Translations under genes and position numbers: made by a program
In this document: positions 25,300-39,539 of the stretch, piece after piece
How positions within the stretch are numbered: position 1 is the stretch's first letter
How the letters are laid out: the number at the start of each line of letters is the position of its first letter
The notes under the pieces: generated by a model
Databases searched by the model: none
Told to the model about the DNA's origin: nothing
The model's input: only the letters and a program-made list of their open reading frames with translations
Assembly (NCBI GenBank): GCA_047967505.1
Contig: CM106538.1
Reading direction: 5' to 3' (one strand)
Source: Dipteris shenzhenensis
Lineage: Eukaryota
Length of the DNA stretch: 64,000 bases

Positions 25300-27130
25300 G
25301 TTTACTTTTACTACTACAACCAGCATGATCATTGCACAAGCAATTGTTGTGAAAATTGTTGTTACTTAGGTAGTGAAAATGGTTCTAAAGAAGCACGCGT
25401 GGGATACTTTTGCCCTCATTTAGGATATACTACAGCCAGTGTGGTCATTGCACAAGGGCATATATTTTCTTCATTTTAGTATTAATTGTAAGTAGCACTA
25501 AAATAGCTCCAAGAACCAACATGTTGGTTGCAAGGAAATAAAGTTTAGAAAAATAGAGGTAAACTTCAACCAGAGTGATCATTACACAAGCATTGTAAAA
25601 CTACTGTTATCGTTACTTGGGTAGTGAAAATGGATATAAAGAAGCACAAATGGCATACTTTTGCCCTCGTTTAGGATTTTCAGCAATGAGGGCGATCATT
25701 TCACAAGAACTAAAATAGGACTAAAATAGCTCCAAAATAGAACTAGGTTTTTCTTGGTATAGAACTAAAATAGCTCTAAGAGGCAGTGCAGTGGTTGCAA
25801 GGATATACCTATAAAAAAATACAATTAAGTATAAAAAGGTACAATTGTTGATATGGCCCTTGAGGGGTATCTTTTAGGGGCAAGGGAAATATCATCGTGC
25901 CACTGGACAATATGGCATACCACTCGACAAATATGGCATGTTGATATGGCCCTTGTCCCTAAAGGGCAATATTAACTTGAAAGAGGACCCCTGGGAAGGG
26001 CAAGGAAATACATTTTCCTTGGTTTAGAATTAACTAAACTACCACTAAAATAACTCAAAGTACCAACATGGTGGTAGCTCTAAGCCAACATCACCATCTT
26101 GTTATTAGTGCGGTGCTTTAGGTGGTTGCATAATGTGAAACACTTAATCATAACTAAAATCACTCCAGAACTCCAAGAACTAATGCAGTCCTCGCTTGAA
26201 GCCAACTTTTTGCTGCATGATACAACACCAAGTTGTTAGTTTTTATAAACTATCTTTGGATGTAGATGTAATCTCTTTTGTTAAAACTTTTCTTGATGAG
26301 GCTCTCAACAATTGTTGAGTGTTACAAATTGCCTTTGAATGTAATCTCTTTGTTTAACTTTTTATCTCATACTCACCGGGTGTAATCTCTTTTAAGTTTC
26401 AACTTTAATATAAATAATACTATCATTGAATTCATATTGGGTAGTAGTCATTGCACAAGCAATTGGTACACAAGGAAATACATTTTCCTTGGTTTTAGGA
26501 TTAACTACTACAAGCCAACTAATAGTTTCAAGAACCAGTGCAGTAGTGGCAAGGAAATACATTTTCCTTGGTTTAGGATTAATTGCAACCCGCATAAAAT
26601 AGAACCAGTGTGGTATTGCACAAGGAAATACATTTTCCTTGGTTTTAAGATTAACTGCAAGCACCACTAAAATAGTTCCAAGAACCAGCATGGTGATTGC
26701 AAAAAATACACTTTCCTTGGTTTAGGATTAACTATAACCTGTACTGAAATAGAACCATCATAGTGGTTGCACAAGGATTAACTTTCAATCCCTTGTTTTA
26801 ATCTATTAATTACACTCTCATTACACTATAACGACATACTATTCCAACCATCGGCTGGTTTTAAACCTACTCAATGGCATGTTGACAATGTAAATTAGAA
26901 AAGGGGAACCCTTAGTGCAAAGTATATGAACAATGGCATGTTGACAATATAAATTAGAAAAGGGGAACCCTCAGTGCAAAATATATGAACAATTGTGGGA
27001 CTCCAATGGGGGCTCACGTGACCTAAACAATTAAGGTAAATACATTTTATTTGGTTTAGTAAGGAGTAGCTACAACCACCACTAAAATAACTCCAAGAAC
27101 CACTGTAGTGGTTGCACCAAGCCAATGTTA
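25300..27130. repeat. Degenerate ~80-bp minisatellite-like array (aaggaaatacattttccttggtttaggattaact...aaaatagttccaagaacc...gtggttgc)
   Basis: Core repeated at about 26003, 26472, 26551, 26622 and 26701, with looser copies from 25450 to 27120. Also a ~59-bp duplication at about 26872-26990. Confidence 0.7.
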
Positions 27131-28211
27131 GTTTGTGGTGGTGGTCATGAGTGACTCTAGATTAGCACAAAAATGATGCACATAGATGATAGGTGGTGAA
27201 TTGTAGGTAGATGATAGGTGGCAAGATGTAGGTAGATCATAGGATAGACTATGGATAGTTTGATGCATAAAGATGAAGCACAAATACTACACAATGAAGG
27301 GTAGAACTAGTCTGCTCTGTAGTGACATGTATCAAGCTCTATGGTGTTTAGAACATCAAGTTTTGATAGATTGTGTCTCATTATTATGCCAATAAGGCAA
27401 TCATTACATTATAATTTTTATGCCAGTAAGGCCATCATTACGTCAGATTGTTTTTTGGCAAGAGCGCGAGTCGCCCAAAATCCAAAATATGGCCCACCTA
27501 CATTGCATCGTGGCCCCAAAACTACCCCTAAAATAATTTTGCAATTGGCAACACCCGATCATGCATCAACCCTACACCTATTTATGTATTGACCCCTATT
27601 TATGAAAGCATACAATCTCAAGTGACTGACCATTGTAGCTTGTTATGCATTGTCATGATTCCTAACTAGCAACACTCACACTTACATATAGATCCCCAGG
27701 CTACAACTAGCACTGTGATTATTATTTCAATCATTGGCCTTAGAAAATAATATTACCTCTGTCTCTCTCTCTCTCTCTCTTCCCTAAAATTTCATAAGAT
27801 GCAAATGAAAATTGACCAACTTGTGAGGAAAAATGATAGCTGAATTTCAACATTGCAAGTCTGACTATTGGCCTATGTTGCTTTAAGCATGTGCATGATG
27901 TGCTCCTCATACTTCTTGGCATCCCCTTTATAGCCTACATACACCAACAAGGTGAAAGGGCAAGAGATAGGTGACGTGCACAAGAGAAGGAAATTTAGTC
28001 AAAATTTTGAATGCAATAGTAGGAGTTTTTATTTTTGGGGAAAACTAGCAACCATGTTTTGCTAGCTCTGGCTATATAGGTCACCAACTTGTGCCCCCTA
28101 AATGAGTGCAAAGAAGCCCAAAATGGCTGAAACAAGAACAAAGGCAAAATGGCCCGCTAGCGGTTTTGATGCTATAGATTAAGAAATGGAACCACCTTTG
28201 ACATGCTTGTG

Positions 28212-30180
28212 ATATACAAGCATCCTTAATGATTACATCAACTTGTACTGCTACATAACCAACTCCTATTAGTATAGTATGAACTCTAAATGAAGGATCC
28301 AAACTAATTATTGTCTCTATTCCAACTATGTCTTTTGAGTCCTTATGTAAGATCTTTATTCGTTGTCCCCTTTGAAAAGCATCAACCTACAAAGATACAT
28401 TCAAGAGATCATTAGTAGAATATTTGTTTAAAATATCTTTATGAAAAATATCTTTATGAAAAATATCCAAAAACCTTATCATCATTGTCACACTAATTAA
28501 GAAAAATAAATAAATTTAACTTACTTGGAAAACTTTTATGTCATTTGTTTGTGCTGCTGTCTTTTTTACTCCAATTATTGATTGATGAACCTTTTTAAAA
28601 TAAAGTAAATATGATACTTAATAATGCTTCATGTGAATACTTTCTACTCTAGTCAAAGATCCATAAACCTTTTCAAAACAATATCTACAATACATGCACG
28701 TGCGCATGTGTCTGTGTGAGCATGAATCATCTTTTTTGTGAAAATTAACATGAAATAGGCATGAAATTTACCAAAGGTAGAGCAGAAATGCTTTTCCTCA
28801 AATCATTAAGTTGTTCTTGTAAGGCATCCATAGCCTTATCCTTGTCATGAAGCTTTCTTTGCAACTCAACAGTCTTCTCATGTATCACTTTGGTCTAAAT
28901 CACCGATTGCAATTTTTTTTAAACCACAAGTAGTCTTTTTAGTAAGTACAACCAGTGTTGGACCAGAAATGTTATTATCCCCATTATCATTTGGATTAGG
29001 ATCCTACACAATAAAAAACATAAAATATATCAAATGGATATTATATTTCATTTATTAATAATTTCTATTCATAAAACAAAGAGAACATGAAGTCCTCTAA
29101 TGAAACAACACCATTGGTCTCTTTAGACAATGCATAGTCAGATAGTATTCCTCTTCCTTTCATCCCATATCCTTTGGAGGTATGAGTTTCTAAAAATACC
29201 TCTCGATATGAAGGAGACCTTTGAAGTTTAGAGATCTACATGTTTAAAATATTTGTCCTACATGTGGATTTATCAAAGAGTACTACTATAAAAACATGAA
29301 TTATGAAAAGAAAGAAAACTATTAAACTTACAAGTTCTTGTTTCATTCCAACATAACCCTTTCGACCTAAATTTGTAACGTTTTCTTGGGCCTTTCTATT
29401 TCTCTTATTTCTTTCACTAGATCTTTGAAAAACAATGTCAAAATGTAGTTAAGTTAAATAGAATAAAGAAAGAACATAAGATACTTGCAATAAAGTGTGT
29501 GTGTGTATACCTTGAATTCCTCTAAACTTACAAGTGTCTTTATTCTTTCCCATACATCATCTGGTAGCCATGCTAATTTTTGTGTCATCTCCATCCCACA
29601 AGTAAACACTATAAGCCTAGCATCAACTCATAACAAATAATACATTCATAAAAACTAAACAAAATCAATGTTAAAGTAACCAAGTTTTTAATAGAATACT
29701 TAAAAAATGCACATAAAACCTATTTATTCACTTTGAATGCGTTTGAGACTTTAGTTTTCTAGCATGATATTACATTCATATCAAGCCTGCAAATACAATA
29801 AAATATACACAAAAGTATTCATCGATATAAAAGAAAATTTTAATACTAAACAATTAAAAGTAAGACCATCGAAAGATATCAAGAAAAATTCAAGCCTTAC
29901 ATCAACATATCTTCTCACTGCCTCCTTTTGAATGATCGGTACAACTTTAATTGATTGCAATCAGAGATCCATATGCCTACAGATGGCTTGATTATTGTAT
30001 GAGCATATAAATCTTTTTGTATTTCACAAGGAACTTATTCCTCATTTACATCCACCTTAATACAATGTCCCTGCTCAATAAATTTTGTTTTCTTGGCCTC
30101 TTTAGATGCCCTTCTAAGATATCTTTCTCTTTCTATCATTGCATCATCCTTTAGTATTCTTCCTTTTTTGGTTACTACTC
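28212..30180 (-). pseudogene. CACTA (En/Spm) TnpA/Ptta-like gene remnant with multiple short AT-rich introns
   Basis: Minus-strand exon pieces read WLPDDVWERIKTLVSLEEF, SERNKRNRKAQENVTNLGRKGYVGMKQEL, SPSYREVFLETHTSKG (Transposase_24-type pattern) and DPSFRVHTILIGVGYVAVQVDVIIKDAC. Separated by gtaag...ag introns. Confidence 0.75.
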
Positions 30181-30365
30181 CCGTAAGTTTTTGCCAAGGG
30201 AATTACAAACTAGAGTGCTCCTAAGGCTAGATTTCTTACATACTATGCATTAGACAACTTAATTCTTATAAATATTTTGCCAAGGGATGCACGATGCATT
30301 TCAAATAATGCATTTGCATGAAATTTAGAATTAATGGAATGAAATCATCAATTGAAACAGTAATA

Positions 30366-33300
30366 TGTCATGCGCACGGATTGGTATCCGACATGTACTA
30401 GGTACACAAGACTAGCTCAGGTAGTCTGGGGAGACTTAGAGCTAGGTAGGCTTGATTCTCGGGTTGAGTGGCAAGGGTACAAACCAGTTAGAGGTCTTCG
30501 CTATTTTTGGCACATTGGGCCTGAGTCTATATAAGGCTTAGAGCTAGGCATGCTTGATTCTCGGGTTGAGTGGCAAGGGTATGAACCAGTTAGAGGTCTC
30601 TGCTTATTTTGGCACATTGGGCCCGAGTCTATATAAGGGGCCCAAGGGTTCAATTCTTAGTGAGCCGATGGGAGAAAGTCTCATTCCCAGGTGCTAGGTT
30701 TGATCTTGGATTGAGTCGCGGAAGCGCGCCTACATCATAGCGTAGCCCAATGCCCAATAATAGATCACAGGCTTCACAGTGCCACCTGGTGGTATGGGAC
30801 ACCAGGCTGGTTAGGATCTAGTTGGGAGTTTGTGCCAGTAGCTCAACTCGTGGCTGAGGTAGGAATATCTGTTGTGAGAATTTTGGATGAATATTTCTCC
30901 AAGTATGCCCTAATTTCAAAATTCATGTTCATAACTTGCAAGTGTCTGCTAGTTCATGGGTTAAGGGAAGTGGTATTATATTAGAAAAAGAAGGTAGAAG
31001 AAGGTAGAGAGGGAGTGAATTCGCTGTTGAAGTGAGGCACTAGGAGAGAGAGAGAGAGCGAGGCATAACTTGGAGGGGCAGAGAGCGATTGTAGGGGAGA
31101 GGGATTGTAGGAGAGAAGTGATGGTAGGAGAAAAGCGTTGGGCTGAGAGGACCTTCAGTTGAACCAAGGTATGATGGGTTGAGTAGTGACCACGAGGACG
31201 CCAATGGTTGGAGCAGTTCATAGCCAAGGAGGGAGTTGAGGGGTGCGCCATGGGTTGGAGCAGCTGCAGGCAAGGCTACATTAATTCTGAGGGGGGGGCT
31301 AGATGCTAAAAAAGTACCACCGCTCCAAGTTAGGAGGGGGGGCTTTCTTAGAAGCTGAGCCTCTAAAAGCATTACTACCCACTTCAAAGTCTATCGCAAT
31401 AATAGCTCCTCCCGTACGAGCAAAATTGTGTGCAAGTCTACACCCCTCCACATCCCCTTGCCGATTTTCCCCTCTGGTTCCACCTATTGTAGTCCTCCAT
31501 ACAGGACAGCAAGGAGCTCGGCTCCGCTCGAGATTGATAGCCTCTGCCAGTCCCTTCTCCTTTCATCCAACCAGCCCTCTTTCTTTCATCACCTCTGTTT
31601 CGTCAGCTTTTCTCTCTGTTCTAGCCTCCCAGTTTCAAGACCATCCATTCCTTCTCTTCTCTCAGCCTACTTTCTTCATCAGATCCGATTTCAGTTATGG
31701 CTGATTCCGTAGACCCCGAGCTTGCGATGGGAGACCAGGATATGAACTACCATGTGGAGGATGACTACGAAGACAGCCTTTAGTGAATTCACCACTGCTC
31801 TCGATGAAAAGTTTGAGCAGGTTAACACAAATCAAACAGGGTTGACATAGCAACTGTAAGGGATTCAATCTAGACTCACACTTTTGAGTAGCATTATTCA
31901 GGTGCTCATGCATGTGGATGCCATGGCTTTAGTGTTAGGTCTGAACATCACTCCAGATCCTTTTCACAGAGATTAGAAGTCTCATACCAAGAAGGTTGTT
32001 GACACTTGGTTGCACAAGTGGCAAGTACACTTCTTACCCAAATGACAAGAAAATATAGCTTGTAGTAGGGTTTATGTCAGAAAAGGCTTTATTATGGTGG
32101 AAGAAACTCCAACCAAAGCCTGCAACATGGATAGAATTCAAAGGGATCTTCAGGAAAGAGTTCTTGAAGGAGGAAGATTATGATATCGTAGGCAAGCTCA
32201 AAGTCCTCAATATGTCTAAGCTGAACCTAACTTTTAAGGTTTATCTTCAGAGGTTTTGAGATTTGCAGATCAAAGCTACAAAGATGGATCGAGTGACCTT
32301 GTTAGGTTTCTTTGTGGATGGTTTGCCTGACTCGTACAAGTTACAGATCAAGAACAATAAGTATACCACTTTGCAAGAGGCCATGAATTATGTGCACATC
32401 TATGATGATAGCATGTCAACACAAAGGGAACCATAGTTGCTGACACAGGTGGGAAGAACAAGAGGAATTTCTTCCAGTCTACAACTGGTACTCTACAACT
32501 GGTACCGGGAAGTTGAAGTCTCTAGACAACGCCTCCAAGAAACATTCGACTCAAGCGAAGAATGGTCGTGCCTGTTTTCTTCATATATTGTGTTAAAGAA
32601 AGAAGGATGTTGCTTCATATGCGAGGAGTGGGGCCACACTAGGAATGATTGTCCTAAGCACAAGAACCAGATGCAAGCACCATGGGATCGAAGCTCCATG
32701 CGAGTCCAAGTACCAAAGCTAAGGGAGCTAATCATGTATTTCTGTAAATGTCATTACCTGCCCACTTTCTTGTAATTGCACTTTTAATAATTCGTTATTT
32801 GGTTCCCATGAACTTTTTCGAGTTTATGAAGAAGTTAGGGACCAAAGAGTTCACATTCTCTTTGACTCGGGTAGCTGTCACAATTTTGTTAATTACAAAC
32901 TTGTGTAGAAGATGGGACTATCCACGATACCTAGCAATCACACTTACAAGGTGCAGCTTCTAGCTGGGAAGCAGTTTTGGGATCGCAAGATTGAGGCACT
33001 TTCTATCCGGATTCAATCCGGATTCAAGACTACACAATTGCTCTTACGTACTATGTCATGCACTTGGAACATGTGGACTTGTTAATCGGAATTGAGTGGT
33101 TTAAAACCCGCGATATTCGGATTGGATGGAAAGAGCATACCCTTTCTTTTTTGGATAAGGACACCCAATTTTGTATTCAGTGTGATAATATTCCCTCTTC
33201 TCAAGGACCTATTGTATCTGCGATGTAGCTTTAGAATATAATAAACACTTCTCATTATTATGTGTATCAGTGTGTCTTGATTCCGCTTTCTTCATTTGTT

Positions 33301-34825
33301 GTCTCTGTTAATAATAAGAATGATTTAAGTGTGTTTGAACACCGTGAATTGAGAATGTTGTTGGATGATTTCATGGATGTATTCCCTACTCAACTACTGG
33401 AAGGTTTACCTCCAAAACGGGCAATAGACCATTGCATCGATTTAGTACTTGGCACTCAACCTATTAGTGTTCCACCATATAGGATGAGCCAACTTGAGGA
33501 GGATGAGTTAGCTTCACAACTACAAGATTATCTGAATATGGGCTATATTCACCCAAGTAAATCACCTTGGCACGCACCTGTCCTCTTAAGAAAGAAGAAA
33601 GATAATTCATGGAGAAAGTGTATAGATTATGAACGATTGAATAAAGTGACAATTAAGAATCGATACCCTCTTCCTCGTTCCGATGATTTGATAGACCATT
33701 TGGCTGGAGCGAAGTATTTCACTAAGATTGATTTGCATACGGGTTATCACCTAATTTGTATCTATGCTAAACACATAGATAGAACCACATTTTGAACTAG
33801 GTATGGCCACTATGAGTTTCTTGTATTACCTTTTGGTTTGACCAATGCTCCTGCCACCTTCCAAAAAATGATGAAAGATTTTTTTCAAGATTTTCTAGGC
33901 AAATTCATTGTCATATTCTTAGATGACATCTTGGTATATAGCCGAATGCTAGAGGATCACATTGGACACCTTGGATTGTCTTAGTTATACTAAGACAACA
34001 TAAGCTTTATGCCAAGATGAGTAAATGTGACTTCTTTATGAAGGAGATCATTTACTTAGGACACTATTTCTTATTAAGGTATTAGCATTGATCTGGATTG
34101 TATCCAGAGGTTTTAGAATGGCCTATCCCTCAGATTGTGAAACAACTCCGTTCTTTCCTAGGATTCACGATTTTTCTACGGAAGTCTATGCGTGATTATT
34201 CACACATCGCGACACCCCTAACAAACATATTGAAAGGTCATGGATGCAAGTCTACCCAGCCAATCTCTCGAAATGATGCATTGAACAAGGCTTTTGAACA
34301 TTGAAGTTAACTATCAAGGAAGCACCTACTCTTACATTAACCGATCCTACCCGGTCTTATGTTTTAAGACTGATGTGAGTGATTTTGCAATTGGGACAGC
34401 TTTATTCCAAGAGGGCAGTCCTATAGCTTTTGAGAGTAAGAAGCTAGACGACACCCAATATCATTGGCCCACATTAGAAAAAGAACTCTATGCAGTTGTG
34501 TATGCTCGAAGGTTTGGAGACACTAGTATGGTTTGAAGTTTCTTGTATTGATCGATCACCAATCAATCCAGTATGTGTGTGATGGATTTGAATTGAGGGG
34601 ATGAAAGGCTAGATGGTGGTATGCAACACCAAGTTGGTTAGGATCTAGTTGGGAGTTCATGCCAGTAGCTCAGCTTGTGGCTCAGAGGGGACATCTCCTG
34701 ATTCGAGATCGCATCCCGTAGATGTCATGGTTGGGTGATGAGCAGCATGCTCAATTTCCTCACGTTTGGTATGTTCTTGTGTTTGCTTGCAGCTTAGAGG
34801 TTTCAGGAGTGTTGGGGTCGTGTCA
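30366..34825 (+). mobile_element. Ty3/Gypsy LTR retrotransposon, internally deleted (no integrase), nested in CACTA-derived sequence
   Basis: Starts TGTCATGCG and ends GGGGTCGTGTCA, with AATA on both flanks. LTR segment ggttaggatctagttgggagtt occurs at about 30809 and 34636. Gag WWKKLQPKPATWIEFK, zinc knuckle CFICEEWGHTRNDC, protease [30 protein letters not shown], RNase H KTDVSDFAIG..EKELYAVV. A 102-bp tandem duplication lies in the 5' LTR (30435/30537). Confidence 0.85.
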
Positions 34826-35061
34826 AATAAAAAATTTTAAATTAATATAAACCGAAGGTTGAAGTGTTAAAGAAAATGAAATAATTCTTTCGAAATATAT
34901 CTTAAAACTTCAATGTAATAATTCAAGGCATTCTACATCCTCTCATTTACAATACATAATTAGAATTTCTCATTTGATATGCTCATGCAATCAACAAAGA
35001 AAAGTTAGAATAGTGCTCAAGAATCACATCGCTTTTTTCTTTGCAAAATGTAGATGATTTC

Positions 35062-36712
35062 TGTTAGATATCAATGCTCCACTCTCGTGTAACTACGGGG
35101 AACTAGCTAACTCTACTTGTAAGCCCCCCATATGAGGAGAAGGCATTTGAGTAGCTCAGTTATCTGATAGGTCCTGGTTTGGACACCAGATGGGGGCCAT
35201 GTGTGGCCTGATGGCTGGACGACTGCAGATAGAGTTGGCATACTGCCAACTAGGCTACATGCAAGTATAGGAAGGCATCCCATGACTGACCGCACTGAGG
35301 GTAGATGGATCATTTCTCGAGGTAGCCCACTCTCGGGTTGCGGGGCCTGTTTGGAGCCCCAGATGATCTCGAATGGCTGTTGGTTGAACGAAAACCGTAG
35401 GTTAGTACTCTATTCTACACCACGGTTCTATCGTATGGTCAGTGGCCTATTTTGGGACAGCCAGTTTGGGTGAACTGGGTTGGGTCTAACCGACTACGAC
35501 TGGTGGCTATATAAGAGCGAGCCCGTGAAGCCCATTATCATCACTAGCTATAGCAACCCTGATTCCTTAGCATCCAAACTCCGTCCTCTACTGTTTTCAG
35601 CACGCCATCGAAGCTTCTCTCATAGGAGCACATGGCTGGGAAGCAGCGCCATCTATTATATCAGTTTTATAGTAATCAAAATTTTGATTCTCCATACTAT
35701 CTGCTTTTCTCTCTTGCATACGAGATCCTGTTATCTGTTGAGCATAGACGTTGTATTGTTTTCTTACATGGTATCAGAGCTTGGGCTCTAGCAAGAAGAT
35801 TTGGTAGTGTGTTTCTATTTGCGAGCAGATTGTGAGAGATGGCCCAGCCTGCAAGATTGTGAATCCCATCGTTCGGCAAAAGCGGAAAGTTGGATGGTAC
35901 TAACTATCCACTCTCGAAGTTCAAGATGAAGACCATCCTAAGTGCATATGAGCTTTGGGATACTGCTACTCGGGTGGACCTGAAGCCGGTTTCAAGACTG
36001 AATCTAGGCAATGCAGCACAACAGATAGTACCAACTGCGGATGAGATTCTCGCATGGACAAGAAGAAATGCAGATGCGCTGTGTTCTATTGTCTGCAGTG
36101 TAAGTGATTATGTCATGGCATTAATTCAACATGTCACCACAACGGAGGAGGCATGGACGGTCTTGAAAAATTAGTACGAGACCACGAATCAGATGCAGAT
36201 TCAGAATCTGGAGACTCAGCTCGTGAACGAGAAATTGTCTGAGTCTAAAATGGCAGAGAAGTTCATCACCAAGGTAAAGAATCTGCACGATCAGATGACT
36301 GCGATTGGCATCACCATCACCAGTGAGAATCTAGCACGAAGGTGCATATGGATTCTCCCACCAAAGTATGATGGTCTTGTTATGGCACTGAATACACAGA
36401 ATAGAAATCTGCCCCTCAACTTTGAGGATTTCAGCACAATGCTTATGGAGGAGCAGATGCATCAAAAGATGAGGACTGGAGAAGAGTCGGCTTTCTATGC
36501 TAGATTAAAGAAAGGTAAGGGTAAGGACTCTGGTAACCCATCTTCTTCTGATGATAAAAAGAGAAAGAAGAAGATCAAGTGCTTCTATTGCAACAAGGCA
36601 GGGCACAAGCAGAATGAGTGCCGGAAGAAGATTACAGATGAGAAGAACGGCGTAAAGAAAGAGTCCATCGACAGTGCACAGGCAGTACCAGTAGAGCTGT
36701 TCGTAGTGCTTG
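35062..36712 (+). mobile_element. Ty1/Copia element, 3'-truncated: 5' LTR, PBS and gag
   Basis: LTR TGTTAG(35062)...TTACA(35768) followed by PBS TGGTATCAGAGC (35769-35780). Copia gag LDGTNYPLSKFKMKTILSAYELWD, LPPKYDGLV and zinc knuckle CFYCNKAGHKQNEC. One in-frame stop. Ends before protease. Confidence 0.88.
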
Positions 36713-36719
36713 ACATTGT

Positions 36720-37240
36720 TGCTTTTTACTCATTGCTTGATTTGTAGCATAATTTTTAGCACTCATGCACAATGCATGGTAAGAAATTTGAAAATACACA
36801 TGCCCAACCATGAAATTGATGCCTCATCCCCATCAAACTTTGAAAGCACAAGGGTTTTTATCTTGTTAAAGCTATGTAAAGTATCATGCCTATTAGACAC
36901 ACATAGATATGCTAGAAGCACTCATGCATGATGCATATTTAAGAATTGTGAAAATATGCTGTCCCAACCATGCAAATGATATCTTATCGACTCAAAAATT
37001 TGTAAGGATAAGGGTATTATTGGTATTAAGACTTGTATAAAGTATCATATCCATCAAACCCACACACATATGCTAGAAGCACACTGATGCATATTTTCAA
37101 CACTCATCCACGTTGCATGGTAAGAATTGTGGAAATACACATTCCCGGCCTTGAAAAAGATACCTAATCCACATAAAACTTTTGCAAGAACAATTCTATT
37201 ACTTTCATTAAGGCCTATACAAAGTATCATACCCATCGAG
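36720..37240. repeat. Degenerate tandem array, ~160-190-bp unit x3 (agcactcatgca...aagaatt.gaaaatacac...aaagtatcat)
   Basis: aaagtatcat at about 36878, 37039 and 37221. atatgctagaagcac at about 36908 and 37068. Confidence 0.65.
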
Positions 37241-37248
37241 AGTGTTGA

Positions 37249-38245
37249 TGATGCAATCATTAAGGATGCTTGTATATTTAAAGAAAATTATGAGATTCAG
37301 ACATTGGGTCAAACCATAGGCTTGGATGTTTCTTGGGAAACTCTTCATGTAATGACTTTATAATTTTATATTTTATTTTTCTATGTAAAAATTATATTAT
37401 TTATTTCTCAATCAACTATTGAATAATATTTGTTATCAAGTAAAATGCGTGTGCTATAAAAGGTAAAAGTTATTCCTTAGAAATTTACATGACTTCTTCA
37501 CACTATGTACTATGAGTACTGATGCACTTAAGACTTTTGATGAATCTTTCACACTTAGACAATACAAAAATAGTGACAATAATATCAATGTTGTGAATGG
37601 TAGTACTGAACCTTTGGCAACAATAATATACTTTGTAGCACAACTGAATGGTCAACCATTGTGTTATTTTACTCCACATATGCATTTTGTGCTACCATTT
37701 CTTGGTAAGAATGGCAGTTAAAAAATGGTTGCGATTTCTTCGTAAGAAATGGCAGTCAAGAGATAGTTGCCATTTGTGCTGCCATTTCTTCTTAGAAAAT
37801 GGTAGTCAAGAAGTGCTTGCCATTTCTTTGAACAAAGTGGCAATCAAGAAATGGCTGCCACTTCTTACCAAGAAATGGCAATCAAGAATTTGCTACCATT
37901 TCTTATGAAGAAATGGCAGTCAATAATTTGTTGCCATTTTCTCATAAGAAATGGCAATCAAGAATTTGCTGCCATTTCTTCATAAGAAAGGGCAGTCAAG
38001 AATTGGTTGCCATTTGGTGTTGCCAATTATTGCTAAGAAATGGCAAACAATAAAAAGTTGCCATTTTTTGTTGCCATTTCTTCCAAAGAAATGGCAGTTC
38101 AAGAACTCATTGCCATTTCTAACTGCCATTTTTGCAAAAAATATGGCAATTTCAGAAGCTATTGCCATTTCATACATAAGAAATGGCAAAATTGGAAATT
38201 ATGTGCCATTTGCTATTGCCATTTCTACCTAGTTTTGTAGTAGTG
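37249..38245 (+). mobile_element. Right end of a CACTA element: TnpA C-terminal exon, subterminal repeat array and TIR
   Basis: IIKDACIFKENYEIQTLGQTIGLDVSWETLHV. More than 20 direct and inverted copies of AAGAAATGGCA / TGCCATTTCTT at 37690-38225. Terminus TTTTGTAGTAGTG (reverse complement CACTACTACAAAA) ends at 38245. Confidence 0.85.
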
Positions 38246-39539
38246 TAGACTCTTGCACATACAGGAAGATCTAGTCATGTAGTAAAATACAAACACTATA
38301 TTCTTGCAAGGACAAAAACCATTGGGAGTATGTGGATTCAAAAGCATGGACCTAAAGTACTAAAAAGTCTCCAAATAAAAGAAGTAAAGTCAAAATATTA
38401 TAGAGGGAAATGTTGAAAGCACAAGAGAAGCTTAAAATGGAAGAAAAAAAAAAGCAGGGTCATTGTTTGCTTGGGTGTAGCCATTTTTGGTGAGGTTCAG
38501 GGACTTTTCTGTATATAGCTACCTTGCATGACCCATAACTTATGCATTGCTCAATGGAATTTGGAAAACTTTGTCTTCAAGTTGTAGTACACATTCCAAA
38601 CTTGAACATGAGACCCAAAAATTATGGAATAAGAATTTGCAATGAGACTATTAAAGCATTACAAGTGCTATGTTGCATGTGAAGCATGCATCCTAAAGGC
38701 TATAGGATGCATGTGAAACATGCATCCTAAAGACATACGATATAGCAATTTATTCAAAATCATCAAAATTTTGTTCTATACATACATGCAACCAAGTAAT
38801 CATTCAAAATTACACTACATGAGGTTCTCATGAACCCAAGGACACACCTAAATGAGACAATTAGGCATGGGTTAATGGGCCTCCAATGTTGTGCTAAAGT
38901 GATGCATACCCATTTGAGGGCATGCTCCATAATTTTTTTTTGATTTGTTGCAAACCAAAATGGATTGAAAATTTGAAATCCAAATCAATGAGGCTAGTGC
39001 ATGGTGGTCTTAAGACATTGATAGTTTTGATATTGGTATCTAGATTCACCCTAAAATGGAAGAAGTTGGAAAAGTCCAATTTGTGCATGTGAAAAGATAT
39101 TTTAATAAATCCAACACTATTTACAATTTTAAATTGTTTCTTTTTCCATTCACTTGCTTGCTATATGGCTCATAAGCATGCCAAAGGTCATCATTGCATT
39201 TAATAACACACAACAATCAGCTCAATAGCATGCCCTTTGGCCTATTTATGTTTTGAAGCATTTTAGGCCACATTGCACTTGTTTGGGATATCTAGTTCTG
39301 TTGACGTGCGTCACTGGAGAGGGAAAAATTGATGGCTGAAATTTTTCTCTCCCACAAATTTCAAATTTTCACACCTCCCGCCCATCAAATCTTGGAAGAT
39401 TAAGCACCTGCAACTTGCACACACCTCGACATGACCTTGCGCAAACTTTGGTTTTCCATTTTCTTCTTTCGGGTAAGTTGTCTTCTATTCTTTACTTGCC
39501 TCACTAGCTAGGTTCTCTGGGTCTATTCTGGACTTGGTG

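Noticed and set aside
37648-38240. ORFs with repeated KKWQ/LPFL, and a CRISPR-like appearance
   Set aside because: These are translations of CACTA subterminal repeats in alternating orientation. There are no unique spacers or cas genes, and the context is eukaryotic.
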